64,000 bases of DNA, from assembly GCF_963921235.1 (NCBI RefSeq), contig NC_086106.1, forward strand, positions 24,552,001 through 24,616,000, written 5' to 3'. Below, one piece after another: positions 13,452 to 27,639 of the stretch (its first letter is position 1; the number at the start of each line of letters is the position of its first letter). The notes below the pieces were generated by a model, which was given only the letters and a program-made list of their open reading frames with translations, searched no databases and was not told the origin of the DNA. Position numbers and translations under genes: made by a program. Origin of the DNA: Mobula hypostoma. Lineage: Eukaryota.

Positions 13452-14581
13452 GCTGAATGTTATTAATTTTCTTCAAATTCTATCACGTCAGTTCAATTTG
13501 CATCCCATGCCTGCAGTGTTTTGCTCAGCGAATTAGCAAATGCTTGTCACAGTCTTTCTCCTCCTCCAGTCCCGTCATTACTGAGATGGATTTTCAGATT
13601 CCCGCCCTTATGTAAGTCATCAAACAGCGCGGGATTGAACGTTGTAATTGTTACGCACTTGTGTTACATTTCGTCGAAGAATTGTTATTGACTTAATATA
13701 TAGTATGTTGATATGCAATTCATCCACGCAGTAGGACCCAGGGAGGTGAAAAGCGATATGCATTTTTTGCATTTCACTTCCCTCAGTATATTACTCCGAC
13801 TACAAATTAAGAGACAAAATGAATCCCCATGAAATACCGCTTTAGGAAGAGCAATATATATATATAGTACTAATATCGACAGCAGTTTAATTTACTGAAG
13901 AGGTCTAGACTTCCCTTGGAATACGAATATGTGAATGTTACTATTGGTGAGATAACAATGACGTGTGTGATTGAAGCAACAGTGTCGATCGATTTATAAT
14001 GTATACATGTTATATTTCCACTCTCTGCAGCAGTCGGTCTTTGAAGTGACAGAAATTATTCACAGAGATTACATGATACGAGCTATCGGTTCGATTGATT
14101 GGTTATTTCGTGATACAACACACCAACAGGCCGGTATTAAGAAGCAATGTGCGAAAGATGGCAACTGCACTTCACCGAGCATCCGGGCTCTAATTCATTG
14201 TAGATATTCAGCAGGCTACCGGGACACGGATTTAACTCTGAACATATGGGTTTGTAATTTTTTTGTTGAAAGCAGACATCACTATAATGATCACTGCATT
14301 TAATCGGTAGTGGATTTTAAGATGGGAATAAACATATGGACTCCGGCCATATTCCACCGAGATACAACACTGGGCGTCATAGGCTGTTGTTCCTGCCGGT
14401 GGCCATCGAACTTTGTAGCTCCTCCCATGGAGAGTCACACACCTTGAGCCAATAGGCTGGTCCTAGACTTATTTCAATCTGGCATAGTTTGCATATTGTT
14501 GTTTGATTGTTTGTGGGTTTTGTATTGCTATATTTATGCTCTATTCTTGGTTGGTGCGGCTGCAACGAAACCTAATTTCCC

Positions 14582-14790
14582 NNNNNNNNNNNNNNNNNNN
14601 NNNNNNNNNNNNNNNNNNNNNNNNNNNNNNNNNNNNNNNNNNNNNNNNNNNNNNNNNNNNNNNNNNNNNNNNNNNNNNNNNNNNNNNNNNNNNNNNNNNN
14701 NNNNNNNNNNNNNNNNNNNNNNNNNNNNNNNNNNNNNNNNNNNNNNNNNNNNNNNNNNNNNNNNNNNNNNNNNNNNNNNNNNNNNNNNNN
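14582..14790. other. Assembly gap (209 N)
   Basis: Run of N. Confidence 1.
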
Positions 14791-15479
14791 GTGCTCTGAA
14801 TACTTTCCATTTTCATTTCATGGCAGTTATTCAGCACCAGTGCAGAAACGGGCAGCACTTTGTGGCACCCAAGGCAGTCATCAGAAATCGATGATTTTCT
14901 TCATCGCATCATGGTATTGTAGTTAGCTTCTCCGGTGTTTACTGGGTGTTAGGTGTGAATCCACTAAATGTGTGGTCGGCATGTGCTTGCACCTCATATG
15001 TTGGAAGAGCATAATAATGAAAATATAATAAATGGATACTGAAGGGAATTGCAACCATGCATTCCTATTGGATGATAAGGCAACATTTTAATTAATGAAT
15101 TTTCATACACCCTGGTTATTAAACTACAACACAACAACAACATCACCAGGATGATGAAAGTTTATTTTTGAGTAGACACAGATGACAATTTTAATGCTGA
15201 CGACTTGTGGAGATTATACTAGAAAGTGACATGAATTTTAAAGCAAATCAGCAGCATAAAAAGTTCCGTGATTTAGTTTGTTGGGCTAATGTGTAAAGAT
15301 AATTAAACCTGATCCAATGTGTTTCAAAGTTTCTACTCTGATATCATTCGGAGAATAAACGCAAAATCCCACGTTCGTCCTTGAGATTCTGACTTGCAAT
15401 TTGCTGCTTTGTCTCAGCAGTGCCTTGCAATGAATAACAATTATGATGGTTTACAATATCAAGTGTATATATAATAAAG

Positions 15480-15782
15480 AATTAAACAGGCAGTGCAAAC
15501 AAATGGGGGCAGAGATACGAAGGCAGTGTTTTGGGCTTATTGTGATTTCTGAAAACTGACGTAGAGGGATGCACTTGTTTCTGAAATCTTGAGTGAGAGG
15601 GAATGTCCTCGGTGATGGGAGTTAGGGATGAGTCCCCCGTGATGCAGGCCAGCCTTTCAAGGCATCGCTTTTTGCAGATAACCCAGATGCTGGGCCATGC
15701 TGTGAAGCTGGCTGGACTTAAAATATTCTGCAGTTTATTTCTTCCTGTGCAGTTGCCCCACCATGCCAGACATTGATGCAGA
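15480..15782 (-). mobile_element. Rex1/Babar-like LINE 3' fragment
   Basis: ORF 15482-15823 has WWGNCTGRNKLQ...KKRCLERLACITGDSS, the C-terminal region typical of this clade. Homologous to 36150-36900 and 37215-37430. Confidence 0.6.
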
Positions 15783-16360
15783 CCTCCTGAACGTCTTAAC
15801 AGCCTATACACAAGCAATCGCAACTTCTATCCGCCGAATTAATTAGTAAGGTATTCAGAGAAAAGCTACTTGTACAGACTGCATATGAACACGTCAAGAT
15901 ACCGTCGCCGTGCTGCTTCTTCATTTCTGCCTTTGAGATCAACTCTGGAGTCGCTACGTTCTGCCAGGAATCCACGCCAGAGAAGAGTATAGACTGTTGT
16001 TGCATCTTATCTTGCACCCACGCTTCGTTACCCCACAATTTATTCTACTCGCATCATCTGACTCGATGAGCAAGCGCAATTTATTGGCAGTCTTCTCCCA
16101 AAATTTTGACGGCTGCCCTACTGCACTTCACCTTTGAGTGGCGCTGCGCTATTAATGTCAGCTCACACATAAGGTGATTCCTTTGTTCTGCTCTTCTACG
16201 ATCGTCTCAGCAAAATTTCATTTCCTGCACTGCGTGGAACGACATTTTTTTCTATTGTGTCGTTGACTGTTGTGATTGGTCGGTTTGGCCAATGTTTGTA
16301 TATTTCTGCTGCGGGAATGAGTCTCTACTCTGTGGTCCCCAAATGACAGACTCAAACAGA

Positions 16361-16845
16361 ATGAAAGTGAAGAATTGTCTCACGGCGGTCCTCTGTATTG
16401 TGTTTCTTCTAGGTAAGAATTCTCTTAACTGTAATATTCCAGACCTCTCTGTTATTCTCTTTAACCATGTGTTTTTTTTTCAATGTAAATAACTATGTTG
16501 TTCGAAGTAGAGCTTATGATCTATTGATTACTTTTCTGATAGACTGGAGCCTTGAAGACTCAGTGGAACAGTCAGTGGATGCAATAACGGTCGATGAAGA
16601 AAATAATGTTACTCTAAACTGTACTTTACAAACAAGCAATGTACTCCCAGATGTTTTCTGGTACAGGCAGCGCACTAGACAAAGACCACAGTATTTGATT
16701 CGGATTAACGCAGGGAAAGTATACCGCAATGAAGAGGCAAGCGAAAGATTATTTGCTTCCTATGATAAAAATAAAAAATATACTGAACTAATGATTAACA
16801 ACACCATAATCTCGGACTCGGCCACATACCTCTGTGCGATGAGCC
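16361..16845 (+). CDS. TRAV/TRDV: TCR alpha/delta-type V gene segment V2, apparently functional. Leader 16361-16412, intron 16413-16542, V exon 16543-16845.
   Basis: Leader MKVKNCLTAVLCIVFLL G|gtaag. Acceptor gatag. V exon DWSLEDSVEQ...TLNC...FWYRQ...DSATYLCAMS is open and in frame. Confidence 0.92.
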
Positions 16846-16884
16846 CACGGTGCTTACGAATCTGAATTATTTCGAACAAAAACA
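16846..16884 (+). other. 23-RSS of V2
   Basis: CACGGTG (16846-16852), 23 nt, ACAAAAACA (16876-16884). Confidence 0.93.
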
Positions 16885-19209
16885 GTCTTTCACATTTTCC
16901 TCGGGAGCTCGATAGAGGGCGAACGAATCAAGCAGAACATGCTAACTGAAGTCGAGAGGCTTCGTCCAATATTTCTCTCCCCAGTGAAATATCGACTTGG
17001 CATTTACAATGGTCGCTTTTACTTTTCGAAGGCTGTAACTGTGATCAAAACCACTGAATCTTGAATGATTCCTCTGTGTTACCTAATTTCTCTGAATATT
17101 CCCCTTTCGCATCTCAAGCTTCCACCATCATCAGTGCGGATACATTAATCCTTTTAAGGGTTATTTTGACAGAGAAAGTGACTAAATTTTGGCAACGAAA
17201 TCGCACATATCGCAAGTAACGTATTTCAAAACACTGTAGAAGCCGTTATGTGGCTTTTGATTTCAGTCAAAGATTTAATCACACTTTGGTGGATTGTTGT
17301 GCTGTATGTCGTTGATTTTCATTAACACGCGAGAGGCTTACGTATTTAAACGCCAGCGTCAGATTGTTTCCGGCATAAATAAACGCTGGGTGTAATTGGA
17401 TTCCCTGTTTTTCTTTCGTAGTTACTTCGAGTGGTGATTCCAAATCACGATCCACTGTGTTTACCGAAAGTTGTTATTTCGTTTCCATGCAAATAAGATA
17501 AAGGTGGCAATATATTTGGATTGACCACAACAGCAATTCAAAAACTTTGTACAATTAGCAACATGAAAAGTACCTGATCTTGATGCGCAGTTGGAGATTC
17601 GGCGACAATGGCGAGTATCAGCGAATAATTTGCTTCCACCTTTGGAAACAGCTCTCTTTCTATATATATTTTTTTTTAATCTGCAGTTTTCCCTTTCAGG
17701 GTACAGTACTTCTGTGGACCCTCACCGCGAGTTACACGCTGCCCTCGCTTCTTTGCGGGAAGGGGACCGCTCTCGCTGTGCCACGACTGGCCGTTATTCG
17801 ATATGAAGCTCGATTTCGGAGTTTTTGGGATTTCAAGGATCTGGAGGCAGGCATCGTAGAGATTGGTGCCTCTGCGGGAAATCGCTGTGTCGTTGGAGAT
17901 GAAAGATCTCTGGCTGTGTGCAAAGTAAAACGAGATCTTTGATCACAGAGCTCGGAAAAAAAACGACGGAAAGGCGGTTTAATATCGTAAATCGGCGAGT
18001 TGTTTGTTCTACTTCCCTTCTCGCTGTGCAGAGCAGACACCGCAGAGGGGAGATCGCTGCTTTGCTGCGTTTATGCGTGGGGGAGGGGACCTGGGTGGGG
18101 ATTTCGGGTTCTACCATTCAACGGACAATCATTCTTTGGGACACCCCTCTGTTTTCCCGGACGCTCGCGAAGAAAAATAATTTCAGGATGTATGATGTCT
18201 ACATTTATCTGCCATTAAATGAACCTGTGAAACATTTGAAAATTAATTCTGAGCAGCGTTGACGCCTGGCGTCTTAATTGAATGGAGCTTTATATTTGTA
18301 TTTACAACGCTTATAGTAAGAGCCTGTAAGCAACTTAATAATCACGTTTTAGCTTGTATTAAATCTACCCAAAGTACTGAACATTTTGAATGATTTCATA
18401 GCGCTTATCAGCTGAAATCGTCTTACTGGATATGCACGATCATTGTTATTAATATCTGAGTTGAACGTAAAGTGTATTTTCACATTTCACGTCTAGTCAT
18501 CTCAAATGTCCTAAAATAGGCCCGTATGTATTCTGTCCTTCAATTGCAAATTTTGCCCTATCATCAGAAGGCACTGCACTGGTCGTAACGATGAATTCGA
18601 CTGCACATCTTCGCCTCGCAGATTGCCCTGATGCCAATACACTGAATAATGCCTGTATATTGCGACATGTATAGTAATCACCTTTCATCCTAAATCAAGC
18701 ACTTTGTGCTGGAAAGCTATAATTTTGTGTTTTGGGAAAATAAGCAGTGAGTCATATTAAGGTTATCATTCCAATCCTGGAAATAAAGATTAAAGACGTA
18801 GATTTTATTCCTTGTCTTAACTAAATACCGGACAATATTTATTCAGATCCCATGTCTGCTGTGTTTACCTCACTAAACATGCATCCGACAGAGGCCTCTT
18901 GCTCCAGTCCAGTCATTAATAAGATGGGTTGTGTAATTCCCGCCATTATGTAAGGCGGACAAACTGCGCAGATTTGACCGTCGTAGCCGTTGTGCTCATA
19001 CCTAAAGTGCGCTGCTCCTCGTTTGAGCATTGTTTTGAATATCGAGGGTGTCCATATGCAATTAGTCCATGCAGTAGGTTCCAGGTGGTGAAAGTGAGCA
19101 TTCTAATTTTGCATTTCTCCGACTGCAAAAATCGAGGCTAAAGGAAACCCCATGAAATAGCGCTTTCCGACGAACAACATATATACTGGTAAACTCGACA
19201 AGAATTTAA
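16885..19209 (+). repeat. V-downstream module paralogous to 62102-64000 (and more distantly 7245-9735, 34690-35870 and 1-500)
   Basis: Collinear blocks, e.g. caaataagataaaggtggcaatatatttggattgaccacaacagca at 17490/62710 and cccatgtctgc at 110, 18849 and 63902. Confidence 0.88.
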
Positions 19210-22200
19210 CAAAAGGCACCATACTTCATACACCACACATCGCCCGAGTACATGTCCCATTCAGGCGGGAGTGGGGTGCGGTATAATCGTTTCTACTGTT
19301 GGTTCTTCAGTCTCCACATGTCGCTGCAGAGCCCTCTTGCTATGTTTATGGTCCAGCTCTTGCCCCAGAGGTAGAAGGTAGTTCCGATAGAGAATATTGA
19401 CAGGTCCACCTCCATCCTCAGGTTTCACCTGGAATCCTGGTACGTTTGCCACCTTACTTTTCACTACATAGATCGTAGCCGTCAAGCCGTCAGACAAATT
19501 ATCCCTTCCAGGTAGCCACAAATTCTTTATGAGGTCTCAGTTTCCAGGTTTGAGTTCGGAGAGCGTAACCTTTTTGTCATAGCTACTCCGATTTCCTTGA
19601 TTTTATTTGGTGCCCGCGATTTCAGCTAATCCCGAAGCATTTTACTGCTCCCTTGTTATATCAGTCAAATCCTTCTGCTGTCTTGGACGGTAGATGTTCC
19701 ACGCTAGTCCCAAAACAGAGTTCAACGGAAAAACTCGTCTCGAGCTCAAACATCAGATAATATGGACAGTACATTGTAGCCTCATTTTCTGCACAGTTAT
19801 AGATGCGGACCAGATACCCAATTCCGTGGTTCCACTTGTTGTTTTCGATTATCTTCAAGGTTTCGAACATGTCTAACAAGGACGAATTGCGCCTATCGTG
19901 CAAGCATACAGCCAGCGAGACATAAGGCGTAGTCTTCGACTTCTCTTCTTCAGGCATACTCAGCTAGTCATGTTGGACCCTACTGTGAAAATTCCGTCCT
20001 TGATTGATATGCATCCCCCAGGGGAGGCCGTAGTAAATGAAATACTTCTCCTATAACACATTGAGCACAGATGACCGCCAATTATCCATGCATATCTGGT
20101 GTAATGATCCGTAATGACCAAGTCATTCACAATGTTGCTGGCATATGGATCTATTGACAAAAGGTCTATACACACCAGCTTAAGTGGTTCCGCACTCTTC
20201 ATGTACGACAACGGAACGGCCCTCGCAGGCAGCGTCTTCCTCTTTATATTCCGAATGCAGAACTCGCAGGACTCTTCGACCCAGGCTCCAATCAGCGTCA
20301 GCAGAACCGAAATCAGAACAATCCATTGGTCTTGTCAACCCACAAATAGCCAGAACCAGCTAGGAACGCTGATATCGGTGTGGAGGCGACGTGACCGGAT
20401 ATAGGATCTAGTTCCTCAACCTCATTCTGGGTCATTCTCTCAGTAATCGATAAACCACAGAAGATTTCTTCCTGCCGCCTGTGCCATGTTCTTTTTCGCA
20501 CCTGCTGACCAACCAGTACCGATGCCCATGCCCTCTGGGTGAGCAGATGCCACTCCGCCAGGACTGAATTCCAGCAACTGGTCTCTCTTCAGAGCGCTCA
20601 GGATGCATTAAGGTTGAGCAAAACAACATCAGAAGCCACCAATTGATCTACCGCTCGATCGGCCCCTGCCTTTTCACCGCCTTCACCGTGATGGAAAACC
20701 AGACCATGGCTTTCACTCGAGGGGCAGGAACACTCGCCCACTCTCCGTCCCTATCTAGCCCTTCATACGGACGTCGGGACAACACATCAGCATCGAGGTT
20801 CCTTCCTCCAGGCCGCTATTTCAGGCAAATCATAGGCATCCAATTTCGCGTAAGTGAAAGTATGCGTGTTTATTGGCCGTCTTCGCCTCACACTTGGCAC
20901 CATGGGCGTAGTTACTTCAGTTATGCACCGCAGCCCATTTCAAAGCCAAGAAATCCAACATGTGTGTTGGATGGGTTCTTTTTTTTTCTCGGAGGATGAC
21001 ATACTCCGACCGACAAATGCGACTGGTTTCAAGCCTGTGGCCTGATCCTGATAAACAACACACCTGAAGGCTTCTCTGCTGCATCTTGTGCAGTGCATAC
21101 ATCAACCGGGAGTCTGCAAAAGTCAGCACAGGCGTATTGGTCAGCAGCTCCTTCAGCGACTGAAATGCCTCTTCACATTTCGCAAAACAATACCGTCGGA
21201 AATATTCTGAGGGACGAAGATAATATTTACCATCCACTCGTTTTCTCATTCTTCCTTTTGACTCCGAGGGAGGATAACGTACAGAAGCTGATTAACAGGG
21301 TAACTCACTTTAAAGTAGTCCTTCATGAACCGCAGATAGTACCCGCGGAAACTCAAGGAAAGATCGCAGGGACCTCACAGTTGGGGACTTGGCTAGCGGT
21401 TCACTGCAACTGTTTTAGGTGGATTAATAACTACTCCATCCCGAGAGACTATATGCTCAACAGGGGTGACAGACTTATCATCCTAACTTTGAAAACTGCC
21501 ATTTCACATGAACAGTCCATCAGAATGAAATTGTTTTACTCAAGTTTCAGTAGCTATCTGGGAAAAAGATAAGTGTTATTCATGTTTCCCGTTATAATAG
21601 GACTGTGATGCAGTACCGGTGTGTAGGAAGTGGGGCAGCCATATATGCACAATATCAACGGAGTGTTCCGAGGTTAGAGGACACCGTATCCTTGACTATA
21701 GCCTGGGCTTTAAGATGAGAGGACCCGAAAGCTGGAATGGCTGGATATGTTAATAATATATTTAAAGGGATCATATTGTAAGTTTCTGAGGAATTACTCC
21801 TTGTGTATCATGTAATTATCTCAGGTATACTGACTGTATCCAAGGGTGTGAAGCCGAGGGGTGGTAGTGGGGACAAGCTACCACTACCTAAAAGCGCTCC
21901 TCACGGCATGCGCCTCAAAGAATCTCTGACAGCCAAGTTCAACTCCTGGCCTTCTCGTGTTGCTCAGCCTCTAAACACGGCGGAATGGTTTCTACTGGCA
22001 GGAGGAGGGGCTAAGGCGGGCCTTGGCGCCTTAAAACAGTGCTTCTGGTAAATGGAGCTAGTCAGCCTGGGAAGGCAGTCCACCAGAAAGAAGGAAAACT
22101 CAGATTTCAATCCTCCGCTGCATTGCAGCCATATCCAATCATTGGAAAGGCTTCGGGAGTAATCTCTGAGGACAAATACGGAACTGAAGCCCCTCCTAAG

Positions 22201-22330
22201 GCAGTCCGACATTGCATTCAACATCATTCTGGTAACCCCTGCGACGACATTGGAGCCAAGCTGTATGCTGCCAAGCTGTATCGGCCTTTGCCCCTCTCTT
22301 GGACAACATCGGTGTCCTGGACAGGAGACA
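19210..22330 (-). mobile_element. Decayed Ty3/Gypsy LTR retrotransposon internal region
   Basis: Integrase (AEPLKLVCIDLL...LVITDHYTRYA; GPVNILYRNYLLPLG) and RT/RNase H linker (CEEAFQSLKELLTNTPVLTFAD) fragments. No intact LTR pair identified. Confidence 0.8.
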
Positions 22331-24006
22331 CTTGCAGCATGGCCAGCTGCCGGTATTCCATACAAGCTTGCCCAGGCCTGCGCCCTGGAGAGGACACTCT
22401 AGTAGACTTTCAAGACGCAGATCCATGGTCTCGCGAGACTAACGGATGGCACCACTCACTGAGTTGTCAAACAGAAATATCGCAAGTAATTTTCGTTTAC
22501 AGCTGGCAGACGGGGGTATGTGGGTTTGAAAGCCAAATATGATAGTATTCACATAGAACGACTGACTGATTTGTAAATACCTCCGAGGATTGAAAAATAA
22601 GCTTCAGATGTCTGCCTGTTTTAGTTCTACTTTGGAAGGTAGCAGCTCCATAAGATAAAGGAATTATTCACTCTGGTGAATTTTTGTCAGTACACAGAGA
22701 ATGTGGTTGAAATGTCGACTATTTAGTAAAGAAAGCTGGGAACAAAAAAACATCTAGAATCAACAGAAACTATTTTCTGCTTAATTCATAAAAAATTACC
22801 GAGCTTCCTTTCCTGTTGTCCACAACCTACATAAATTCATATTTTTTTTTTGTTTTTTGTTTTTTTTTTGGCTTTGGATTTGCGCAACATCAACCACATC
22901 ATAAGGAAATGGACCTAATTACCTAAGTTCGTTAAACGTCCATACATGTGTACAAGGGTTGGTGCAGAAACTGCCTGGTTCAAGTAAATGCTTACTTCAG
23001 TTGAAATAAATCTTGAGCTATTTTCATTGAAAAGTTGTTAATTCGAGGTTTAGAAAATTCTTAATATTCGTCAACCGTAACAGAAGAAATTGCGCCGCAT
23101 AGTCACCAAGAGCTGGAATGTATTGTATTCCTTATTTTGGGATTATTTTACGTGCAACCGTCTACCAGAATATGTACCACAACCAGAATATTAAGCATAA
23201 ACAGAGTACGCGCTTATGTAACTCTAATATGGTCAGGATTAACGCCTTATTCATTTGCTGTATATCTATTTACATTGAAGCTGAAACGTTACATTTGTCG
23301 TTTATATGGCAAATATGCAAAATAAATAGGTCCAGGCTTTTAGCAGACCACCACGAAAACTGTTGCAATAACAGATTTACGTGGCATCATAGCGAAATTT
23401 CCGCCCCCAGCATCAAATGGAAATGAACTAGTCGAACACGTGAACGACAAAGCACTAAGAGAGGAATGCTTTCGAAATTCACTGACAATCAACGTTACAG
23501 CCCGTTGTCGCGAAGAGGGATATTACAGTGGGAGAAATATCCGGAAACCAGCTGAACTACTGTAGTGTCGATGGCCAGGAAATCAGCACTAACTTTCAAT
23601 ATATACTGCGGTGACGAGAGGCCGCAACAATTTCGGGAAAGATTTCGGTTGCCTCGAATTTCATAAAAAGAGGGAAAGTTCAAACAGCTACACAGTAGCG
23701 TACTGATTAGCACACAACGCTCTACTGTACCTATGTCAGGTATCCAATTCCCACCACTGCTTGTAAAGAGATTGATTTTTTTTTTCCCCCGGAACTCGTG
23801 GGTCCATGTCAAGTGCTTTGGTGCCTAAGGTCTGGCTGGATTTCGTAATCTGATTGGTTATTGCAAACTGTAACTTAATTAGGCTCTGATTTAGGCAGTG
23901 CTTTTACGGGCTGCGAGCAATGATGTGCAGAATGTGAAAATTTCTTACTGTATCTCAAATACATACGTACCCAAACAACCAAGCACATAAATAGGTTAAT
24001 AAGGCA

Positions 24007-24138
24007 AACAACAGGAATTCTGCAGATGCGGGAAATTCAAGGAACACACATAAAAGTTGCTGGTGAACGCAGCAGGCCAGGCAGCATCTCCAGGAAGAGG
24101 TGCAGTCGACGTTTCAGGTCGAGACTCTTCGTAAGAAC
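24007..24138 (-). mobile_element. Penelope-like pseudo-LTR fragment
   Basis: Reverse complement of the 39650-39780 sequence. Hammerhead core is mutated to CTTACGA. Confidence 0.75.
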
Positions 24139-24959
24139 CGGTTTGCCCTGCAAATCATGTGTTCGGTGTGAAGTCGGGATGAATTTGGATTTTAAACAAA
24201 TACAACGGCTATAGATGGCAAATAAATTATACTAAATATTCATGCTGTCTGTGTTTTTGCAGAACCGATGAAACCGTTTAACATGCATGCCGGGATATTC
24301 TTCAAAACTGCATCTATTGCTGAATCCTTTTCGTGTGAAAACGTAAACGAAAATTCAGTCTAGCAACATATCAATTTTCAGGCCCATTATTTGACCACAT
24401 TTGAATTAATTTCAGCACAGTGTTCACAGTGAAGCTGCAGCAGGGTAATTATGTTCAGAAGCAGAAACGGATTGCACCATAGTTGCGCAATCCTTGTGTT
24501 ACCCTCCAAAACACCATGTCCAGCGTTAAGAATCTCTTAGCAGCACGAAACGGCAGAGTTTGCCACAGGCTTTCGATTTCAAATGTAGTTTTTCATCTGA
24601 AATGCTATACATTTCTGTACGTCTTCAATGCTGAGCATTGATTTCATAATGTCAGCAGAGTAATGCAATGAGGACATTGCTTACTGAAACGTCATGTTTA
24701 ACATTTCAGTAATGGTCCACAAAATACCAGATACACAATAATATTCTGAAAGACAGTGATGCTCCAGAGGGAACAAATGATTGAACAGTAAATCTCGCTA
24801 GACTGTCGATTTAAGAATGGTTTTTGAATGTTGCTGAATATTCTCACGCTCATTGAGTCATGTTGAGTAATGTTTGCATTGTATTGTTATGTGGTCGGCA
24901 ACAATGAATGTAACAAATGAGTCAGGGCTTTATAAAAACAAACAGACATTGATTAAACT

Positions 24960-25967
24960 CTAAAACTCTGCTCTTAGACTCATCTCCCCCATTTCACGTA
25001 CATCTGCTCTCACACCATCCTCCCACCACCCCACTAGGAATAGGTTTCCCCTGGTCCTCACCTACCACCCCACCAGCCTACAGGTCCAACATTATTATTC
25101 TCCGTAACTTCCGCTACCTCCGACGTGATCCCACCACTAAGCACATCTTTCCCTCCTCCCCCCCCCCCCGCATTCCGCAGGGATCGCTCCCTGCACAACT
25201 CCCTTGTCCATTCGTCCCCCCCCCCCCATCCCTCCCCACTGATCTCCCTCCTGGCACTTATCCGTGTAAGCGGAACAAGTGCTATACATGCCCTTACACT
25301 TCCTCCCTTACCACCATTCAGGGCCCCAAACAGTCCTTCCAGGTGAGACATCACTTCACCTGTGAGTCGACTGGGGTGATATACTGCGTCCGGTGCTCCC
25401 GATGTGGCCTTTTATATATTGGCGAGACCCGACGCAGACTGGGAGACCGCTTTGCTGAACATCCACGCCCTGTCCGCCAGAGAAAGCAGGATCTCCCAGT
25501 GGCCACACATTTTAATTCCACATCCCATTCCCATTCTGACATGTCTATCCACGGCCTCCTCTACTGTAAAGATGAAGCCACACTCAGGTTGGAGGAACAA
25601 CACCTTATATTCCGTCTGGGTAGCCTCCAACCTGATGGCATGAACATCGACTTCTCTAACTTCCGCTAAGGCCCCACCTCCCCTTGTACCCCATCTGTTA
25701 CTCATTTTTATGCACACATTCTTTCACTCACTCTCCATTTTCTCCCTCTGTCCCTCTGAATATACCTCTTGCCCATCCTCTGGGTCACCACCCCCCCCCT
25801 TGTCTTTCTTCCCGGACCTCCTGTCCCATGATCCTCTCGTATCCCCTTTTGCCTATCACCTGTCCAGCTCTCGCCTCTATCCCGCCCCCCCCCCCCGCTC
25901 CTGTCTTCTCCTATCATTTTGGATCTCCCCTTCCCCCTCCAACTTTCAAATCCCTTACTCACTCTTA
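24960..25967 (+). mobile_element. Penelope-like element 3' portion with GIY-YIG endonuclease
   Basis: ORF 25343-25669 reads HFTCESTGVIYCVRCSRCGLLYIGETRRRLGDRFAEH...QPDGMNIDFSNFR. Truncated before the hammerhead. Confidence 0.88.
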
Positions 25968-27639
25968 AAATGGCAAAATCGATACTCCAAGTGATTTACA
26001 CAGTCGATAAGGAGAGACTTGGGTTGAAACTGATTTCTTTAAAGACATGGCGTTCCTGCTGATTCTCCAAAGAATTCACGACGATGGAAATAAAACGGCT
26101 TTAAGGAGCTGACCTTTTTCTAGCGAGTGAATCCTGTACAAACCTCCCTGCTCTTGCAGGAGTTATACAGATACAGTTCGCCATATTCTGAACGAGTTCT
26201 CCATAAAATGTAGATCCTTATTCCGATCCTTCAGGTTTCCATCCTTTAGTAAGGTCTTTATCCTCCAGTACTACTGTAAAGGTAAATCAAAGATACACCA
26301 ACACATGTGGCAGCGATTGGCGATACTGCCGGCACAATAATTCTGTACCTTACAATAGAAAGTAAAACTCCATTTTAAAACGAAACTGCGTCATGAGCCA
26401 AATACGCAGCATAGCGGAGTAACTGACGAACTAAACTGATAACTCAACTGAAAATCTAACTGCTCCACACCAGGGTTCTCCCAGTTATACCTGTTGTGAA
26501 CATGTCATCACGTGACCTCACACTGGCGGGAAAATTACATCACCCCACCATCACAGGACCATTACACCATGGTCATAAGATACTCAGTTACATCATTGTC
26601 ATAAGAAACTCAATTACATCATGGTCATAAGACAGTCACAAGATACCCACGAGGTATGTTACATCAATATGAGATGAAGTATCTGCTAAATTGTTAGAAA
26701 CGGAATCACTTATTTAGTTATGTGCTTGTTTGGGTATGCATTCCTATCTCATTGTCTACAGAACTGTATACCTGGCTGTTTGTCTGCGTTATCATTTGTT
26801 TATTTATTTTTAAATAGCTTCATAATTGTTTATGTACTCACCTTTTTAGGTGTTTATTCATTTAGCTATTTGCGTTACTTGTCCAGTGATGTTTATTTAT
26901 TATCTAATAATTATTTATTTATGATTTATGTATTCAAAAAACGTGGTAGACTTTCTGTGCAAAACTATAAAATGTTGGCCACGATTTACATTTCGTACAC
27001 ACTCCATTTTAGACTTCTGTGGGAGGGGGGGTGGAACAAGGTCGACATGGTAGATAAAAGCTGCTTTATTACCTGAATATTTTGCTGTCAATTAACGTGA
27101 AGGTATTTTCCAGCTGATCGATAGATTGTGCAATATATATATATATAAAGGGGGGAAAAAAAACAACGACATGGAAGTAAACGTAAGTTTGGTCCATTTA
27201 CATGTAAATTAAATAATTGATTCTAAACCGAGGGAACTCATTCATTTCCCTGTTGAGTTGAGTTCACGATGATTTCATTTTGGACGCTACCATGTACTGA
27301 TAGAAAGATGATTTTTTTCCCCGCGTGTTCGTTATTATAGCTAATAATAGATGAAGGAGGACACGCTTTCTAGAAATTTATCCACACATTAAATTTGTTT
27401 TCCTCTTTTTCTGAGTTATTGAGATGTCGTCAAAACAGAAAATGAAACAGTCACGAGTCCCACGGATACTTACTCTTTATTTATTTACTTATTTATTTAT
27501 TTTTCATTTTCCACATCTGCCGGAATGTATTTCTTGCCTCAGACAAAATATGAAACCGGTGATTAAAATTGCTCCAATATCGCGTTAGGCGACATTATTG
27601 GAGCGAAAACAACATACCTCACCGTGCAAAAAAGCTGCC

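Noticed and set aside
14496-14894. ORFs spanning N runs (also 41226-41613)
   Set aside because: Open only because of assembly gaps.
17580-18262. Cluster of 70-120 aa ORFs with a CpG-rich look (paralog at 62800-63300)
   Set aside because: Frames are not conserved between the two paralogs and no domain is recognisable. Treated as non-coding module sequence, possibly an old repeat.
25343-25669. Host GIY-YIG nuclease gene
   Set aside because: Embedded in Penelope-like element sequence, with decayed copies at 7810, 40560 and 42520.
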